Source: Candidatus Micrarchaeia archaeon (GTDB taxonomy: Archaea; Micrarchaeota; Micrarchaeia; Anstonellales; J096). From it: a stretch of 17,099 nucleotides of DNA. The translations under genes were made by a program, and so were the position numbers. The DNA lies in contig JBGQMB010000020.1 of the NCBI GenBank assembly GCA_041500405.1, forward strand, positions 1-17,099, written 5' to 3'. The notes beneath the pieces are model-generated. The model was not told where the DNA came from. It was given only the letters and a program-made list of their open reading frames with translations, and did no database searches. Below, piece after piece: positions 13,631-17,099 of this stretch (positions are counted from its first letter, which is position 1; each line of letters begins with the position of its first letter).

Positions 13631-14802
13631 ACGACTATGCCAAGGAAAAGCCGCTCAGCGGATTCGTAAACCCGCTCATGCTGTCATCTTCAATAGAGCC
13701 GGGAAAAAGCATGGCGTCCGATATTCTGGGCGCCGCCATGGACGGCTCGATAAGGGACATATTCTTTTCAAGGATGCTGTTTGAGTTCATGCCAACGCTG
13801 GGGCTTAGGTTCAATAAAGCCAAATGGCACGTGCTGGAGCTGGAGGAGAACGCGGGAGAAGGGATATGCCCGTATGGCCAGTGCGAGAACCAGTCTGAGA
13901 TGGAAGTGAGCGCCGACGGAACAGTGAAGCTGGGCGGTGAAAGGACCGAGATGCCGAACCCGTTCACCAGCATAAGGAAGCCGTTCAAGGCTGTGGTGAG
14001 GGCAGACCCGCTTGAGCCGTCCATCTACAGGGCAAACTTCGTGAGCTATTTCAACATCTCGGCGCTTGACATCTGCTCAATGGAATCAAACGGAAAGTCC
14101 TTCGGCTGGAAGATGAGGGAAACCGAGCTTCCGGAAAATCCGCTTTTCGCGCTTTCGGAGATAGCAGGCAACAGGGAAATAGGCGGGATCGAGAAGGACG
14201 GGGTCATGTATCCCAATCCGCTGCTGATGTGGAACGAGGCGTTCTCGCTGAACGTCTGCGACAAGTCAAAGGGCGCAGAAAGGATGAGGAACGACGCAAG
14301 GTACGAAACGTTGAGGGAGGCAAGCTCGTTCATAAAGCACTTTGTCTCGCTTGGCGGGAAGTGCGGAAGCGCCAACGAGGAAAGGCATCGGAAATACAGC
14401 CTGATGTCAAAGGACGTCATCCTGGGCGACAGCATAAAGGAAAGCGCCATCGGCGCAATGAACAAGGAGTTTGACTACAATGAAAAGGGCGGGATGACTG
14501 TGTGCAAGCTCGGCACGCTCCTGGCAGCCCTTGCGAGGGATTCGGACGAGGGAAGGATAACCCTGCGCTACAGCGAGCTTTCCGAAAAGGCCGCGAACCC
14601 GAAAGGCACGCCGAAGGAGGCGATGGTGGACACGGACCTGTTCCTTCTTGGCGACAATGACGTGAGCTTCTACAAGGACGGGAACGAGATAATCATCAAC
14701 ATATCGCTCAGCAGGATGACGAACGACGATTACTTTTTGAACATTCCGTACAGATACAGGACAGAGAGGATAAAGGACAGGATAGTGCTCATGGTGGAAT
14801 GA
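13618..14802 (+). CDS. Hypothetical protein
   Basis: 394-aa ORF with native-looking codon style, coupled to both neighbours; no recognised family motif. Confidence 0.85.
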   Translation: MERIDDYAKEKPLSGFVNPLMLSSSIEPGKSMASDILGAAMDGSIRDIFFSRMLFEFMPTLGLRFNKAKWHVLELEENAGEGICPYGQCENQSEMEVSADGTVKLGGERTEMPNPFTSIRKPFKAVVRADPLEPSIYRANFVSYFNISALDICSMESNGKSFGWKMRETELPENPLFALSEIAGNREIGGIEKDGVMYPNPLLMWNEAFSLNVCDKSKGAERMRNDARYETLREASSFIKHFVSLGGKCGSANEERHRKYSLMSKDVILGDSIKESAIGAMNKEFDYNEKGGMTVCKLGTLLAALARDSDEGRITLRYSELSEKAANPKGTPKEAMVDTDLFLLGDNDVSFYKDGNEIIINISLSRMTNDDYFLNIPYRYRTERIKDRIVLMVE

Positions 14803-15483
14803 ATGGAGAAGCTAAGGATGATGATGGCCGGGGAAATGACGATAAGCCCAAACCCAGGCAAGACCATGCGGAAATGGAGGGAAATCTTCCAGATAACGCA
14901 GGCGGAAGTGGCGCAGTTCCTCAAGATATCCGCATCAACCATAAGCGACTACGAGGGCGAGAGGAGGAAGAGCCCCGGCATAAGGACAATAAGCAGGTTC
15001 GTTGACGCGCTGTTCAAGATAGACGCCATAAAGGGCGGGTTCGCCACAAAGAAGCTGATGGAAAGCGAGAAGGATGAGAAGGAATATTTTGAGGCAATAG
15101 ACTTCTCGCAGGAGATATCCCTTGAGGAATTTGTCAAGATAATAGAGGGAAAGGTCATAACAAACCAGGACGTCGTCCCAAAGACCAAGATTTACGGATA
15201 TACGCTGATTGACTCCCTGAATGTCATACTGGACATGCCCTATACGTACTTCCCGAAGCTTTACGGCGGAATAACCGAAAGGGCTTTCATTTTCCTTGGC
15301 GTCAGCACTGGCAGGAGCCCGCTTGTCGTGATTAGGATGGCGGCAAGCAAGCCAAAGGCCGTTGTCCTGCACAACCTGGAAAAGGTGGACGAGCTTGCGC
15401 TGAAGATATCGGAGCGCGAAAGGATACCCATAATAACGACAAAGCTGTCAATAGAGGAAATAAAGAAAAGGCTGAATATATAA
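14803..15483 (+). CDS. Archaeal XRE-family HTH transcriptional regulator (COG1709-like)
   Basis: 226 aa. AGE.TIS..PG.TMRKWREIF.ITQ.E.A..L.IS.STISDYE..RRKSPG, YGYTLIDSL and GVSTGRSP.V..R motifs. Confidence 0.9.
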   Translation: MEKLRMMMAGEMTISPNPGKTMRKWREIFQITQAEVAQFLKISASTISDYEGERRKSPGIRTISRFVDALFKIDAIKGGFATKKLMESEKDEKEYFEAIDFSQEISLEEFVKIIEGKVITNQDVVPKTKIYGYTLIDSLNVILDMPYTYFPKLYGGITERAFIFLGVSTGRSPLVVIRMAASKPKAVVLHNLEKVDELALKISERERIPIITTKLSIEEIKKRLNI

Positions 15484-15508
15484 AAAAAAGAAGGGATTTT
15501 TTCCCTTC
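15482..15508 (-). terminator. Hairpin plus U-tract terminator between convergent genes
   Basis: GAAGGGA (15490-15496) pairs with TCCCTTC (15502-15508), a 7-bp stem with a 5-nt loop. It is followed on the minus strand by U8 (A run 15482-15489). Confidence 0.65.
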
Positions 15509-15950
15509 ACTTCTTCATCAGCACGGCAATGTAGTAGCCGATTGCGGAGATTATCGCGCCGCACACCGGGAACAGCAGCGCTATGCACACCGTGCCAATC
15601 AGCCCGCCGGTCATTGTGCCCGCTGTGCCGAGCACAGAGGCTATAACGGCGTCTTCGCTTTCGCTGGTCATGGTGACTGCGGCAAGCCCGAGCGCGTTCA
15701 GGATAATGCTGACAAGGAACTGGGACACGACATACACTATGCCGGCAACGATTGCGGCGATTGCGCCTACAACCGCGCTGTCGGCCATTCCAAATCCCTT
15801 TGCCTTAAGCCCATATCCCATCCATAGGTAAAGCGCGAGCATGACCGGCCACATGCAGCACGATATGAACGGCAGGTTAACCGCAATCTGCGCAAGCATT
15901 ATCAGCACTATCGGTATCATTGAAGCCATCAAAGAGTCAATTATCCTCAT
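15507..15950 (-). CDS. Hypothetical ~4-TM membrane protein (alternative GTG start 15959)
   Basis: Four or more hydrophobic segments; AGGTG SD-like element before ATG 15950; TTTAAAAA on the minus strand at 15985-15992. Confidence 0.8.
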   Translation of the reverse strand: MRIIDSLMASMIPIVLIMLAQIAVNLPFISCCMWPVMLALYLWMGYGLKAKGFGMADSAVVGAIAAIVAGIVYVVSQFLVSIILNALGLAAVTMTSESEDAVIASVLGTAGTMTGGLIGTVCIALLFPVCGAIISAIGYYIAVLMKK

Positions 15951-15994
15951 TTTATGCACCTTGGATTGCGTTTCCCTGCGCTTGTTTTTAAACC

Positions 15995-17099
15995 TTACAT
16001 GAAGTCGCCGATTCCCTTTTGCCTGGACTTGCTGTTGAAAACGCTCTCTATCTCCTTTGCGACAAGGTCGAGCCTCTGCAACATGTAGAACGGGAGCCCG
16101 TAGTCCAGGGATATCTTCTTTGCTATGTCAAGGTATTTCTCTATGGTTCCCTGGTAAATGGTGAGCAGAAGATCGCTGCCGCACTTCATGCACTTTCCGG
16201 AAAGCGGAATCCTCCTGAAGATGGCGTTGCACTTCTTGCACCTGACGCTCTGCCTTGAAAATCGCCTCAGGTTTCCGTAGATATCCGGAATAAAGTGGCT
16301 CAGGATGAGCTTTTCCATCGCGTCCTTCATGTCCAAGGCCCTTATCTTGCTCATGACCCCGACCTGCGCCGCAATCTTGTCGGGTATTGACTTTAGCTGG
16401 ACATATCTTGTCCTTGTCGGCCCCAATGATATGGACGACATGGGGTGCGTGAACGGTATCTCGCCGTACATGTCATCCGTTCCAAGGATGTTCTTTATCC
16501 TTTTCAGCTTGACTTCGCCGGGCATGGTTATGGCCTCTGCGGCCTCATAGAACTCAAGGGGATAGTGCCTGTCATCCAGCATTTCAATGTCGTGCGACTC
16601 GTCATCCACTTCCTTGGGGTTTATGGCGATTGTAAGCACGAGCGGCGCGTCCATGGTGCCGCCCCTGTTGCTGCTCAGGAACTTCTTTGAGAAATTCAGG
16701 AACCCGTCCATAAGAAGCATTATCGCGTCCTCGTCCCCGTCGCAGTTCCTCCTTTTTGCCGTTTGGAAGAACGGGTGCGCATACCCGACGTTGGATTTCG
16801 TGAACCCGATTATCCTTCCAACAACGCCTGCGGACGTGTGCGGGCTCAGCCCTATCACAAGGTGCCCGAGCAGGTCATCTTTCTTGCCTATCTTATAGAA
16901 CGGCTCAAGGCCGTAAAGGCTGATGAGCATGTCATCTATGAAGTTCGCAACCTTGGTAAGGTACCTTACGCCGCTTTCAGCCAGGATGATGTCCTGCAGC
17001 ATGAGCGGCACTATTTGGGCGTCGCTTTCAAGCGGCGCGCCTGTATAGTCCGCTTCATATCCGAGCTTCCTTGCCTGCTCAACCGTTATGCCGATGTCC
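15995..17099 (-). CDS. polC: DNA polymerase D large subunit DP2, C-terminal part (5' end outside the window)
   Basis: Frame is open to the window edge (DIGITVEQARKLGY...). PHTSAG, catalytic AKRRNCDGDED, RGG.MDAPL, PD..GNLR.F..Q and the C-terminal CKKC...CMKCG Zn finger. Confidence 0.97.
   Translation of the reverse strand, partial: DIGITVEQARKLGYEADYTGAPLESDAQIVPLMLQDIILAESGVRYLTKVANFIDDMLISLYGLEPFYKIGKKDDLLGHLVIGLSPHTSAGVVGRIIGFTKSNVGYAHPFFQTAKRRNCDGDEDAIMLLMDGFLNFSKKFLSSNRGGTMDAPLVLTIAINPKEVDDESHDIEMLDDRHYPLEFYEAAEAITMPGEVKLKRIKNILGTDDMYGEIPFTHPMSSISLGPTRTRYVQLKSIPDKIAAQVGVMSKIRALDMKDAMEKLILSHFIPDIYGNLRRFSRQSVRCKKCNAIFRRIPLSGKCMKCGSDLLLTIYQGTIEKYLDIAKKISLDYGLPFYMLQRLDLVAKEIESVFNSKSRQKGIGDFM

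Noticed and set aside
14799..15005. 68-aa ORF with ATGA overlap
   Set aside because: Alternative frame over the conserved HTH regulator that starts at 14803.
16725..16765. Intein at the common DP2 insertion site
   Set aside because: AKRRNCDGDED is contiguous; infB and tfb also show no intein-sized insertions.
1..17099. CRISPR array, transposase, integrase or provirus
   Set aside because: No regularly spaced repeats and no recombinase, transposase or viral hallmark motifs were recognised.

Overview
Archaeal chromosomal segment, probably a DPANN archaeon. The Micrarchaeota-like assignment is inferred from divergent uS12/uS7 motifs, broken canonical operons and an ankyrin gene. Housekeeping genes: archaeal HMG-CoA synthase, uS12-uS7, aIF5B-agmatinase-Nudix, DUF92 plus NDP-sugar pyrophosphorylase, an AglH-type polyprenyl-phosphate GlcNAc-1-P transferase, TFB, a COG1709-type HTH regulator and the C-terminal part of PolD DP2. 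These are interspersed with orphan genes. Most notable: (1) a TFB with ~139 residues before its Zn ribbon, whose first 80 aa are a histone-H1-tail-like Lys-rich tract; (2) a hidden, ~83% identical, internally deleted relic of the HMG-CoA synthase gene and its 3' flank at 448-588, so that a lipoprotein HEXXH peptidase gene lies between direct repeats of the hmgS 3' end, resembling an integration or 3'-replacement scar; (3) a tandem pair of paralogous membrane proteins with conserved ends and promoters but very different GC content; (4) non-canonical decoding-loop residues in uS12; (5) an uncharacterised coupled three-gene operon after an ankyrin gene. No tRNA, rRNA, CRISPR array, transposase or intein was seen.
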